From assembly GCA_964016885.1 (NCBI GenBank), contig OZ024743.1:268398001-268462000 (forward strand): a stretch of 64,000 bases of DNA, in the 5' to 3' direction. Below, one piece after another: positions 1 through 15,000 of the stretch. The position numbers were made by a program, and so were the translations under genes. The DNA is from Eledone cirrhosa. Its lineage: Eukaryota. Numbering within the stretch: the first letter of the stretch is position 1; each line of letters opens with the position of its first letter. The notes below the pieces were generated by a model. That model ran no database searches. It had not been told where the DNA came from and saw only the letters and a program-made list of their open reading frames with translations.

Positions 1-3000
1 CTACAATACCAACCCCAACACCATCACATTCAACACCAGAAACATCCCCACCACCATCCCTACAATACCAAACCCAACACCATCACATTCATCACCAGAA
101 ACATCCCCACCACCACCCCCTACAATACCAATACCAACACCATCACATTCAACACCAGAAACATCCCCACCACCATCCCCTACAATACCAAACCCAACAC
201 CATCACATTCAACACCAGAAACATCCCCACCACCACCCCCTACAATACCAACACCAACACCATCACATTCAACACCAGAAACATCCCCACCACCATCGCC
301 TACTGTACCAACACCAACACCATCACATTCAACACCAGAAACATCCCCACCACCATCGCCTACTGTACCAACACCAACACCATCACATTCAACACCAGAA
401 ACATCCCCACCACCATCGCCTACTGTACCAATACCAACACCATCACATTCAACACCAGAAACATCCCCACCACCACCCCCTACAATACCAACACCAACAC
501 CATCACATTCAACACCAGAAACATCCCCACCACCACCCCCTACAATACCAACACCAACACCATCACATTCAACACCAGAAACATCCCCACCACCATCGCC
601 TACTGTACCAACACCAACACCATCACATTCAACAGCAGAAACATCCCCACCACCATCGCCTACTGTACCAAACCCAACACCATCACATTCATCACCAGAA
701 ACATCCCCACCACCATCGCCTACTGTACCAACAACAACACCATCACATTCAACACCAGAAACATCCCACCACCATCGCCTACTGTACCAACACCAACACC
801 ATCACATTGATCACCAGAAACATCCCCACCACCATCGCCTACTGTACCAAACCCAACACCATCACATTCAACACCAGAAACATCCCCACCACCATCGCCT
901 ACTGTACCAAACCCAACACCATCACATTCAACACCAGAAACATCCCACGACCATCGCCTACAATACCAACACCAACACCATCACATTCAACACCAGAAAC
1001 ATCCCCACCACCATCACCTACTGTACCAACACCAACACCATCACATTCAACACCAGAAACATCCCCACCACCATCCCCTACAATACCAAACCCAACACCA
1101 TCACATTCAACACCAGAAACATCCCCACCACCATCGCCTACTGTACCAACACCAACACCATCACATTCAACACCAGAAACATCCCCACCACCATCCCTAC
1201 AATACCAAACCCAACACCATCACATTCATCACCAGAAACATCCCCACCACCATCGCCTACTGTACCAACACCAACACCATCACATTCAACACTAGAAACA
1301 TCCCCACCACCATCACCTACTGTACCAACACCAACACCATCACATTCAACACCAGAAACATCCCCACCACCATCCCTACAATACCAAACCCAACACCATC
1401 ACATTCAACACCAGAAACATCCCCACCACCATCCCTACTGTACCAACACCAACACCATCACATTCAACACCAGAAACATCCCCACCACCATCCCTACTGT
1501 ACCAACACCAACACCATCACATTCAACACCAGAAACATCCCCACCACCATCCCTACTGTACCAACACCAACACCATCACATTCAACACCAGAAACATACC
1601 CACCACCATCCCTACTGTACCAACACCAACACCATCACATTCAACACCAGAAACATCCCCACCACCATCCCTACTGTACCAACACCAACACCATCACATT
1701 CAACACCAGAAACATCCCCACCACCATCCCTACTGTACCAACACCAACACCATCACATTCAACACCAGAAACATCCCCACCATCATCCCTACTGTACCAA
1801 CACCAACACCATCACATTCAACACCAGAAACATCCCCACCACCATCCCTACTGTTCCAACACCAACACCATCACATTCAACACCAGAAACATCCCCACCA
1901 CCATCCCGTACAATACCAAACCCAACACCATCACATTCAACACCAGAAACATCCCCACCACCATCCCTACAATACCAAACCCAACACCATCACATTCAAC
2001 ACCAGAAACATCCCCACCACCATCGCCTACAATACCAAACCCAACACCATCACATTCAACACCAGAAACATCCCCACCACCATCGCCTACTGTACCAACA
2101 CCAACACCATCACATTCAACACCAGAAACATCCCCACCACCATCCCCTACAATACCAAACCCAACACCATCACATTCATCACCAGAAACATCCCCACCAC
2201 CATCGCCTACTGTACCAAACCCAACACCATCACATTCAACACCAGAAACATCCCCACCACCATCGCCTACAATACCAAACCCAACACCATCACATTCAAC
2301 ACCAGAAACATCCCCACCACCATCGCCTACTGTACCAACACCAACACCATCACATTCATCACCAGTAGCATCCCCACCACCATCGCCTACAATACCAACA
2401 CCAACACCATCACATTCATCACCAGAAACATCCCCACCACCATCGCCTACTGTACCAAACCCAACACCATCACATTCAACACCAGAAACATCCCCACCAC
2501 CATCGCCTACAATACCAACACCAACACCATCACATTCATCACCAGAAACATCCCCACCACCATCCCTACTGTACCAAACCCAACACCATCACATTCATCA
2601 CCAGAAACATCCCCACCACCATCGCCTACTGTACCAACACCAACACCATCACATTCAACACCAGAAACATCCCCACCACCATCGCCTACAATACCAACCC
2701 CAACACCATCACATTCAACACCAGAAACATCCCCACCACCATCCCTACAATACCAAACCCAACACCATCACATTCATAACCAGAAACATCCCCACCACCA
2801 TCGCCTACTGTACCAACACCAACACCATCACATTCAACACCAGAAACATCCCCACCACCATCGCTACAATACCAACACCAACACCATCACATTCAACACC
2901 AGAAACATCCCCACCACCATCCCTACTGTACCAACACCAACACCATCACATTCATCACCAGAAACATCCCACCACCATCGCCTACTGTACCAACACCAAC

Positions 3001-6000
3001 ACCATCACATTCAACACCAGAAACATCCCACCACCATCGCCTACTGTACCAACACCAACACCATCACATTCAACACCAGAAACATCCCCACCACCATCGC
3101 CTACTGTACCAACACCATCACATTCAACACCAGAAACATCCCCACCACCATCCCTACTGTACCAACACCAACACCATCACATTCAACACCAGAAACATCC
3201 CCACCACCATCGCCTACTGTACCAACACCATCACATTCAACACCAGAAACATCCCCACCACCATCCCTACTGTACCAACACCAACACCATCACATTCAAC
3301 ACCAGAAACATCCCACCACCATCCCTACAATACCAACACCAACACCATCACATTCAACACCAGAAACATCCCCACCACCATCGCCTACTGTACCAACACC
3401 ATCACCATCACATTCAACACCAGAAACATCCCCACCACCATCGCCTACAATACCAACACCAACACCATCACATTCAACACCAGAAACATCCCCACCACCA
3501 TCCCTACAATACCAACACCAACACCATCACATTCAACACCAGAAACATCCCCACCACCATCGCCTACTGTACCAACACCATCACCATCACATTCAACACC
3601 AGAAACATCCCACCACCATCGCCTACTGTACCAACACCATCACATTCAACACCAGAAACATCCCCACCACCATCCCTACTGTACCAACACCAACACCATC
3701 ACATTCAACACCAGAAACATCCCACCACCATCGCCTACTGTACCAACACCATCACATTCAACACCAGAAACATCCCCACCACCATCCCTACTGTACCAAC
3801 ACCAACACCATCACATTCAACAACAGAAACATCCCACCACCATCCCTACTGTACCAACACCAACACCATCACATTCAACACCAGAAACATCCCACCACCA
3901 TCGCCTACTGTACCAACACCATCACATTCAACACCAGAAACATCCCCACCACCATCGCCTACTGTACCAACACCATCACATTCAACACCAGAAACATCCC
4001 CACCACCATCCCTACTGTACCAACACCAACACCATCACATTCAACACCAGAAACATCCCCACCACCATCCCCTACTGTACCAACACCAACACCATCACAT
4101 TCAACACCAGAAACATCCCCACCACCATCCCTACTGTACCAACACCAACACCATCACATTCAACACCAGAAACATCCCACCACCATCGCCTACTGTACCA
4201 ACACCATCACATTCAACACCAGAAACATCCCCACCACCATCCCTACTGTACCAACACCAACACCATCACATTCAACACCAGAAACATCCCACCACCATCC
4301 CTACTGTACCAACACCAACACCATCACATTCAACACCAGAAACATCCCACCACCATCGCCTACTGTACCAACACCATCACATTCAACACCAGAAACATCC
4401 CCACCACCATCGCCTACTGTACCAACACCATCACATTCAACACCAGAAACATCCCCACCACCATCCCTACTGTACCAACACCAACACCATCACATTCAAC
4501 ACCAGAAACATCCCCACCACCATCCCTACAATACCAACACCAACACCATCACATTCAACACCAGAAACATCCCCACCACCATCCCCTACTGTACCAACAC
4601 CAACACCATCACATTCAACACCAGAAACATCCCCACCACCATCCCCTACTGTACCAACACCAACACCATCACATTCAACACCAGAAACATCCCCACCACC
4701 ATCGCCTACTGTACCAACACCATCACATTCAACACCAGAAACATCCCCACCACCATCCCCTACTGTACCAACACCAACACCATCACATTCAACACCAGAA
4801 ACATCCCCACCACCCATCCCCTACTGTACCAACACCAACACCATCACATTCAACACCAGAAACATCCCCACCACCATCGCCTACTGTACCAACACCATCA
4901 CATTCAACACCAGAAACATCCCCACCACCATCCCTACTGTACCAACACCAACACCATCACATTCAACACCAGAAACATCCCCACCACCATCCCTACAATA
5001 CCAACACACCAACACCATCACATTCAACACCAGAAACATCCCCACCACCATCCCCTACTGTACCAACACCAACACCATCACATTCAACACCAGAAACATC
5101 CCCACCACCATCCCCTACTGTACCAACACCAACACCATCACATTCAACACCAGAAACATCCCCACCACCATCGCCTACTGTACCAACACCATCACATTCA
5201 ACACCAGAAACATCCCCACCACCATCCCCTACTGTACCAACACACCATCACATTCAACACCAGAAACATCCCCACCACCATCGCCCTACTGTACCAACAC
5301 CATCACATTCAACACCAGAAACATCCCCACCACCATCGCCTACTGTACCAACACCATCACATTCAACACCAGAAACATCCCCACCACCATCCCTACTGTA
5401 CCAACACCAACACCATCACATTCAACACCAGAAACATCCCCACCACCATCCCCTACTGTACCAACACCAACACCATCACATTCAACACCAGAAACATCCC
5501 CACCACCATCCCCTACTGTACCAACACCATCACATTCAACACCAGAAACATCCCCACCACCATCGCCTACTGTACCAACACCATCACATTCAACACCAGA
5601 AACATCCCCACCACCATCCCCTACTGTACCAACACCATCACATTCAACACCAGAAACATCCCCACCACCATCCCCTACTGTACCAACACCATCACATTCA
5701 ACACCAGAAACATCCCCACCACCATCGCCTACTGTACCAACACCATCACATTCAACACCAGAAACATCCCCACCACCATCGCCTACTGTACCAACACCAA
5801 CACCATCACATTCAACACCAGAAACATCCCCACCACCATCGCCTACTGTACCAACACCAACACCATCACATTCAACACCAGAAACATCCCCACCACCATC
5901 CCTACAATACCAAACCCAACACCATCACATTCAACACCAGAAACATCCCCACCACCATCCCTACTGTACCAACACCAACACCATCACATTCAACACCAGA

Positions 6001-9000
6001 AACATCCCCACCACCATCCCTACAATACCAAACCCAACACCATCACATTCAACACCAGAAACATCCCCACCACCATCGCCTACTGTACCAACACCATCAC
6101 CATCACATTCAACACCAGAAACATCCCCACCACCATCCCTACTGTACCAACACCAACACCATCACATTCAACACCAGAAACATCCCCACCACCATCCCCT
6201 ACTGTACCAACACCATCACATTCAACACCAGAAACATCCCCACCACCATCGCCTACTGTACCAACACCATCACATTCAACACCAGAAACATCCCACCACC
6301 ATCCCCTACTGTACCAACACCATCACATTCAACACCAGAAACATCCCCACCACCATCCCCTACTGTACCAACACCATCACATTCAACACCAGAAACATCC
6401 CCACCACCATCGCCTACTGTACCAACACCATCACATTCAACACCAGAAACATCCCCACCACCATCGCCTACTGTACCAACACCAACACCATCACATTCAA
6501 CACCAGAAACATCCCCACCACCATCGCCTACTGTACCAACACCAACACCATCACATTCAACACCAGAAACATCCCCACCACCATCCTACAATACCAAACC
6601 CAACACCATCACATTCAACACCAGAAACATCCCCACCACCATCCCTACTGTACCAACACCAACACCATCACATTCAACACCAGAAACATCCCCACCACCA
6701 TCCCTACAATACCAAACCCAACACCATCACATTCAACACCAGAAACATCCCCACCACCATCGCCTACTGTACCAACACCATCACCATCACATTCAACACC
6801 AGAAACATCCCCACCACCATCGCCTACAATACCAACACCAAACACCATCACATTCAACACCAGAAACATCCCCACCACCATCCCTACAATACCAACACCA
6901 ACACCATCACATTCAACACCAGAAACATCCCCACCACCATCGCCTACTGTACCAACACCATCACCATCACATTCAACACCAGAAACATCCCACCACCATC
7001 GCCTACTGTACCAACACCATCACATTCAACACCAGAAACATCCCCACCACCATCCCTACTGTACCAACACCAACACCATCACATTCAACACCAGAAACAT
7101 CCCACCACCATCGCCTACTGTACCAACACCATCACATTCAACACCAGAAACATCCCCACCACCATCCCTACTGTACCAACACCAACACCATCACATTCAA
7201 CACCAGAAACATCCCACCACCATCGCCTACTGTACCAACACCATCACATTCAACACCAGAAACATCCCCACCACCATCGCCTACTGTACCAACACCATCA
7301 CATTCAACACCAGAAAACATCCCCACCACCATCCCTACTGTACCAACACCAACACCATCACATTCAACACCAGAAACATCCCCACCACCATCGCCTACTG
7401 TACCAACACCATCACATTCAACACCAGAAACATCCCCACCACCATCCCTACTGTACCAACACCAACACCATCACATTCAACACCAGAAACATCCCACCAC
7501 CATCCCTACTGTACCAACACCAACACCATCACATTCAACACCAGAAACATCCCCACCACCATCCCCTACTGTACCAACACCAACACCATCACATTCAACA
7601 CCAGAAACATCCCCACCACCATCGCCTACTGTACCAACACCATCACATTCAACACCAGAAACATCCCCACCACCATCCCTACTGTACCAACACCAACACC
7701 ATCACATTCAACACCAGAAACATCCCCACCACCATCCCTACAATACCAACACAACACCATCACATTCAACACCAGAAACATCCCCACCACCATCCCCTAC
7801 TGTACCAACACCAACACCATCACATTCAACACCAGAAACATCCCCACCACCATCCCCTACTGTACCAACACCATCACATTCAACACCAGAAACATCCCCA
7901 CCACCATCGCCTACTGTACCAACACCATCACATTCAACACCAGAAACATCCCCACCACCATCCCCTACTGTACCAACACACCATCACATTCAACACCAGA
8001 AACATCCCCACCACCATCGCCTACTGTACCAACACCATCACATTCAACACCAGAAACATCCCCACCACCATCGCCCTACTGTACCAAACACCATCACATT
8101 CAACACCAGAAACATCCCCACCACCATCCCTACTGTACCAACACCAACACCATCACATTCAAACACCAGAAACATCCCCACCACCATCCCTACTGTACCA
8201 ACACCAACCATCACATTCAACACCAGAAACATCCCCACCACCATCCCCCTACTGTACCAACACCATCACATTCAACACCAGAAACATCCCCACCACCATC
8301 GCCTACTGTACCAACACCATCACATTCAACACCAGAAACATCCCCACCACCATCCCCTACTGTACCAACACCATCACATTCAACACCAGAAACATCCCCA
8401 CCACCATCCCCTACTGTACCAATACCATCACATTCAACACCAGAAACATCCCCACCACCATCGCCTACTGTACCAACACCATCACATTCAACACCAGAAA
8501 CATCCCCACCACCATCGCCTACTGTACCAACACCATCACATTCAACACCAGAAACATCCCCACCATCATCCCTACTGTACCAACACCAACACCATCACAT
8601 TCAACACCAGAAACATCCCACCACCATCCCTACTGTACCAACACCAACACCATCACATTCAACACCAGAAACATCCCACCACCATCGCCTACTGTACCAA
8701 CACCATCACATTCAACACCAGAAACATCCCCACCACCATCGCCTACTGTACCAACACCATCACATTCAACACCAGAAACATCCCCACCAACCATCCCTAC
8801 TGTACCAACACCAACACCATCACATTCAACACCAGAAACATCCCCACCACCATCCCTACAATACCAACACCAACACCATCACATTCAACACCAGAAACAT
8901 CCCCACCACCATCCCTACTGTACCAACACCAACACCATCACATTCAACACCAGAAACATCCCCACCACCATCCCCTACTGTACCAACACCAACACCATCA

Positions 9001-12000
9001 CATTCAACACCAGAAACATCCCCACCACCATCGCCTACTGTACCAACACCATCACATTCAACACCAGAAACATCCCCACCACCATCCCCTACTGTACCAA
9101 CACCAACACCATCACATTCAACACCAGAAACATCCCCACCACCATCCCCTACTGTACCAACACCAACACCATCACATTCAACACCAGAAACATCCCCACC
9201 ACCATCGCCTACTGTACCAACACCATCACATTCAACACCAGAAACATCCCCACCACCATCCCTACTGTACCAACACCAACACCATCACATTCAACACCAG
9301 AAACATCCCCACCACCATCCCTACAATACCAACACCAACACCATCACATTCAACACCAGAAACATCCCCACCACCATCCCCTACTGTACCAACACCAACA
9401 CCATCACATTCAACACCAGAAACATCCCCACCACCATCCCCTACTGTACCAACACCAACACCATCACATTCAACACCAGAAACATCCCCACCACCATCGC
9501 CTACTGTACCAACACCATCACATTCAACACCAGAAACATCCCCACCACCATCCCTACTGTACCAACACACCATCACATTCAACACCAGAAACATCCCCAC
9601 CACCATCGCCTACTGTACCAACACCATCACATTCAACACCAGAAACATCCCCACCACCATCGCCTACTGTACCAACACCATCACATTCAACACCAGAAAC
9701 ATCCCCACCACCATCCCTACTGTACCAACACCAACACCATCACATTCAACACCAGAAACATCCCCACCACCATCCCTACTGTACCAACACCAACACCATC
9801 ACATTCAACACCAGAAACATCCCCACCACCATCCCCTACTGTACCAACACCATCACATTCAACACCAGAAACATCCCCACCACCATCGCCTACTGTACCA
9901 ACACCATCACATTCAACACCAGAAACATCCCCACCACCATCCCCTACTGTACCAACACCATCACATTCAACACCAGAAACATCCCCACCACCATCCCCTA
10001 CTGTACCAACACCATCACATTCAACACCAGAAACATCCCCACCACCATCGCCTACTGTACCAACACCATCACATTCAACACCAGAAACATCCCCACCACC
10101 ATCGCCTACTGTACCAACACCAACACCATCACATTCAACACCAGAAACATCCCCACCACCATCGCCTACTGTACCAACACCAACACCATCACATTCAACA
10201 CCAGAAACATCCCCACCACCATCCCTACAATACCAAACCCAACACCATCACATTCAACACCAGAAACATCCCCACCACCATCCCTACTGTACCAACACCA
10301 ACACCATCACATTCAACACCAGAAACATCCCCACCACCATCCCTACAATACCAACCCAACACCATCACATTCAACACCAGAAACATCCCCACCACCATCG
10401 CCTACTGTACCAACACCATCACCATCACATTCAACACCAGAAACATCCCCACCACCATCGCCTACAATACCAACACCAACACCATCACATTCAACACCAG
10501 AAACATCCCCACCACCATCCCTACAATACCAACACCAACACCATCACATTCAACACCAGAAACATCCCCACCACCATCGCCTACTGTACCAACACCATCA
10601 CCATCACATTCAACACCAGAAACATCCCACCACCATCGCCTACTGTACCAACACCATCACATTCAACACCAGAAACATCCCCACCACCATCCCTACTGTA
10701 CCAACACCAACACCATCACATTCAACACCAGAAACATCCCACCACCATCGCCTACTGTACCAACACCATCACATTCAACACCAGAAACATCCCCACCACC
10801 ATCCCTACTGTACCAACACCAACACCATCACATTCAACAACAGAAACATCCCACCACCATCCCTACTGTACCAACACCAACACCATCACATTCAACACCA
10901 GAAACATCCCACCACCATCGCCTACTGTACCAACACCATCAAATTCAACACCAGAAACATCCCCACCACCATCGCCTACTGTACCAACACCATCACATTC
11001 AACACCAGAAACATCCCCACCACCATCCCTACTGTACCAACACCAACACCATCACATTCAACACCAGAAACATCCCCACCACAATCCCTACTGTACCAAC
11101 ACCAACACCATCACATTCAACACCAGAAACATCCCCACCACCATCCCTACTGTACCAACACCAACACCATCACATTCAACACCAGAAACATCCCACCACC
11201 ATCGCCTACTGTACCAACACCATCACATTCAACACCAGAAACATCCCCACCACCATCCCTACTGTACCAACACCAACACCATCACATTCAACACCAGAAA
11301 CATCCCACCACCATCCCTACTGTACCAACACCAACACCATCACATTCAACACCAGAAACATCCCACCACCATCGCCTACTGTACCAACACCATCACATTC
11401 AACACCAGAAACATCCCCACCACCATCGCCTACTGTACCAACACCATCACATTCAACACCAGAAACATCCCCACCACCATCCCTACTGTACCAACACCAA
11501 CACCATCACATTCAACACCAGAAACATCCCCACCACCATCCCTACAATACCAACACCAACACCATCACATTCAACACCAGAAACATCCCCACCACCATCC
11601 CCTACTGTCCCAACACCAACACCATCACATTCAACACCAGAAACATCCCCACCACCATCCCCTACTGTACCAACACCAACACCATCACATTCAACACCAG
11701 AAACATCCCCACCACCATCGCCTACTGTACCAACACCATCACATTCAACACCAGAAACATCCCCACCACCATCCCCTACTGTACCAACACCAACACCATC
11801 ACATTCAACACCAGAAACATCCCCACCACCATCCCCTACTGTACCAACACCAACACCATCACATTCAACACCAGAAACATCCCCACCACCATCGCCTACT
11901 GTACCAACACCATCACATTCAACACCAGAAACATCCCCACCACCATCCCTACCGTACCAACACCAACACCATCACATTCAACACCAGAAACATCCCCACC

Positions 12001-15000
12001 ACCATCCCTACAATACCAACACCAACACCATCACATTCAACACCAGAAACATCCCCACCACCATCCCCTACTGTACCAACACCAACACCATCACATTCAA
12101 CACCAGAAACATCCCCACCACCATCCCCTACTGTACCAACACCATCACATTCAACACCAGAAACATCCCCACCACCATCGCCTACTGTACCAACACCATC
12201 ACATTCAACACCAGAAACATCCCCACCACCATCCCCTACTGTACCAACACACCATCACATTCAACACCAGAAACATCCCCACCACCATCGCCTACTGTAC
12301 CAACACCATCACATTCAACACCAGAAACATCCCCACCACCATCGCCTACTGTACCAACACCATCACATTCAACACCAGAAACATCCCCACCACCATCCCT
12401 ACTGTACCAACACCAACACCATCACATTCAACACCAGAAACATCCCCACCACCATCCCTACTGTACCAACACCAACACCATCACATTCAACACCAGAAAC
12501 ATCCCCACCACCATCCCCTACTGTACCAACACCATCACATTCAACACCAGAAACATCCCCACCACCATCGCCTACTGTACCAACACCATCACATTCAACA
12601 CCAGAAACATCCCCACCACCATCCCCTACTGTACCAACACCATCACATTCAACACCAGAAACATCCCCACCACCATCCCCTACTGTACCAATACCATCAC
12701 ATTCAACACCAGAAACATCCCCACCACCATCGCCTACTGTACCAACACCATCACATTCAACACCAGAAACATCCCCACCACCATCGCCTACTGTACCAAC
12801 ACCAACACCATCACATTCAACACCAGAAACATCCCCACCACCATCGCCTACTGTACCAACACCAACACCATCACATTCAACACCAGAAACATCCCCACCA
12901 CCATCCCTACAATACCAAACCCAACACCATCACATTCAACACCAGAAACATCCCCACCACCATCCCTACTGTACCAACACCAACACCATCACATTCAACA
13001 CCAGAAACATCCCACCACCATCGCCTACTGTACCAACACCATCACATTCAACACCAGAAACATCCCCACCACCATCCCTACTGTACCAACACCAACACCA
13101 TCACATTCAACACCAGAAACATCCCCACCACCATCGCCTACTGTACCAACACCATCACATTCAACACCAGAAACATCCCCACCACCATCCCTACTGTACC
13201 AACACCAACACCATCACATTCAACACCAGAAACATCCCCACCACCATCGCCTACTGTACCAACACCATCACATTCAACACCAGAAACATCCCCACCACCA
13301 TCCCTACTGTACCAACAGCAACACCATCACATTCATCACCAGAAACATCCCACCACCATCGCCTACTGTACCAACACCAACACCATCACATTCAACACCA
13401 GAAACATCCCACCACCATCGCCTACTGTACCAACACCAACACCATCACATTCAACACCAGAAACATCCCACCACCATCGCCTACTGTACCAACACCAACA
13501 CCATCACATTCATCACCAGAAACATCCCACCACCATCGCCTACTGTACCAACACCAACACCATCACATTCAACACCAGAAACATCCCACCACCATCGCCT
13601 ACTGTACCAACACCATCACATTCAACACCAGAAACATCCCACCACCATCGCCTACTGTACCAACACAATCACATTCAACACCAGAAACATCCCCACCACC
13701 ATCCCTACAATACCAACACCAACACCATCACATTCAACACCAGAAACATCCCCACCACCATCGCCTACTGTACCAACACCATCACATTCAACACCAGAAA
13801 CATCCCCACCACCATCGCCTACAATACCAACACCAACACCATCACATTCAACACCAGAAACATCCCCACCACCATCGCCTACTGTACCAACACCAACACC
13901 ATCACATTCAACACCAGAAACATCCCCACCACCATCCCTACAATACCAACACCAACACCATCACATTCAACACCAGAAACATCCCCACCACCATCGCCTA
14001 CTGTACCAACACCAACACCATCACATTCAACACCAGAAACATCCCCACCACCATCGCCTACAATACCAACACCAACACCATCACATTCAACACCAGAAAC
14101 ATCCCCACCACCATCGCCTACTGTACCAACACCAACACCATCACATTCAACACCAGAAACATCCCCACCACCATCCCTACAATACCAACACCAACACCAT
14201 CACATTCATCACCAGAAACATCCCCACCACCATCGCCTACAATACCAACCCCAACACCATCACATTCAACACCAGAAACATCCCCACCACCATCCCTACA
14301 ATACCAAACCCAACACCATCACATTCATCACCAGAAACATCCCCACCACCACCCCCTACAATACCAACACCAACACCATCACATTCAACACCAGAAACAT
14401 CCCCACCACCATCCCCTACAATACCAAACCCAACACCATCACATTCAACACCAGAAACATCCCCACCACCACCCCCTACAATAGCAACACCAACACCATC
14501 ACATTCAACACCAGAAACATCCCCACCACCATCGCCTACTGTACCAACACCAACACCATCACATTCAACACCAGAAACATCCCCACCACCATCGCCTACT
14601 GTACCAACACCAACACCATCACATTCAACACCAGAAACATCCCCACCACCATCGCCTACTGTACCAACACCAACACCATCACATTCAACACCAGAAACAT
14701 CCCCACCACCACCCCCTACAATACCAACACCAACACCATCACATTCAACACCAGAAACATCCCCACCACCACCCCCTACAATACCAACACCAACACCATC
14801 ACATTCAACACCAGAAACATCCCCACCACCATCGCCTACTGTACCAACACCAACACCATCACATTCAACACCAGAAACATCCCCACCACCATCGCCTACT
14901 GTACCAAACCCAACACCATCACATTCATCACCAGAAACATCCCCACCACCATCGCCTACTGTACCAACACCAACACCATCACATTCAACACCAGAAACAT

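Noticed and set aside
807-9606. Short ORFs in the array (807-1295, 4467-4817, 6645-6881, 8044-8244, 9262-9606)
   Set aside because: Translations of the repeat unit bounded by chance variants.
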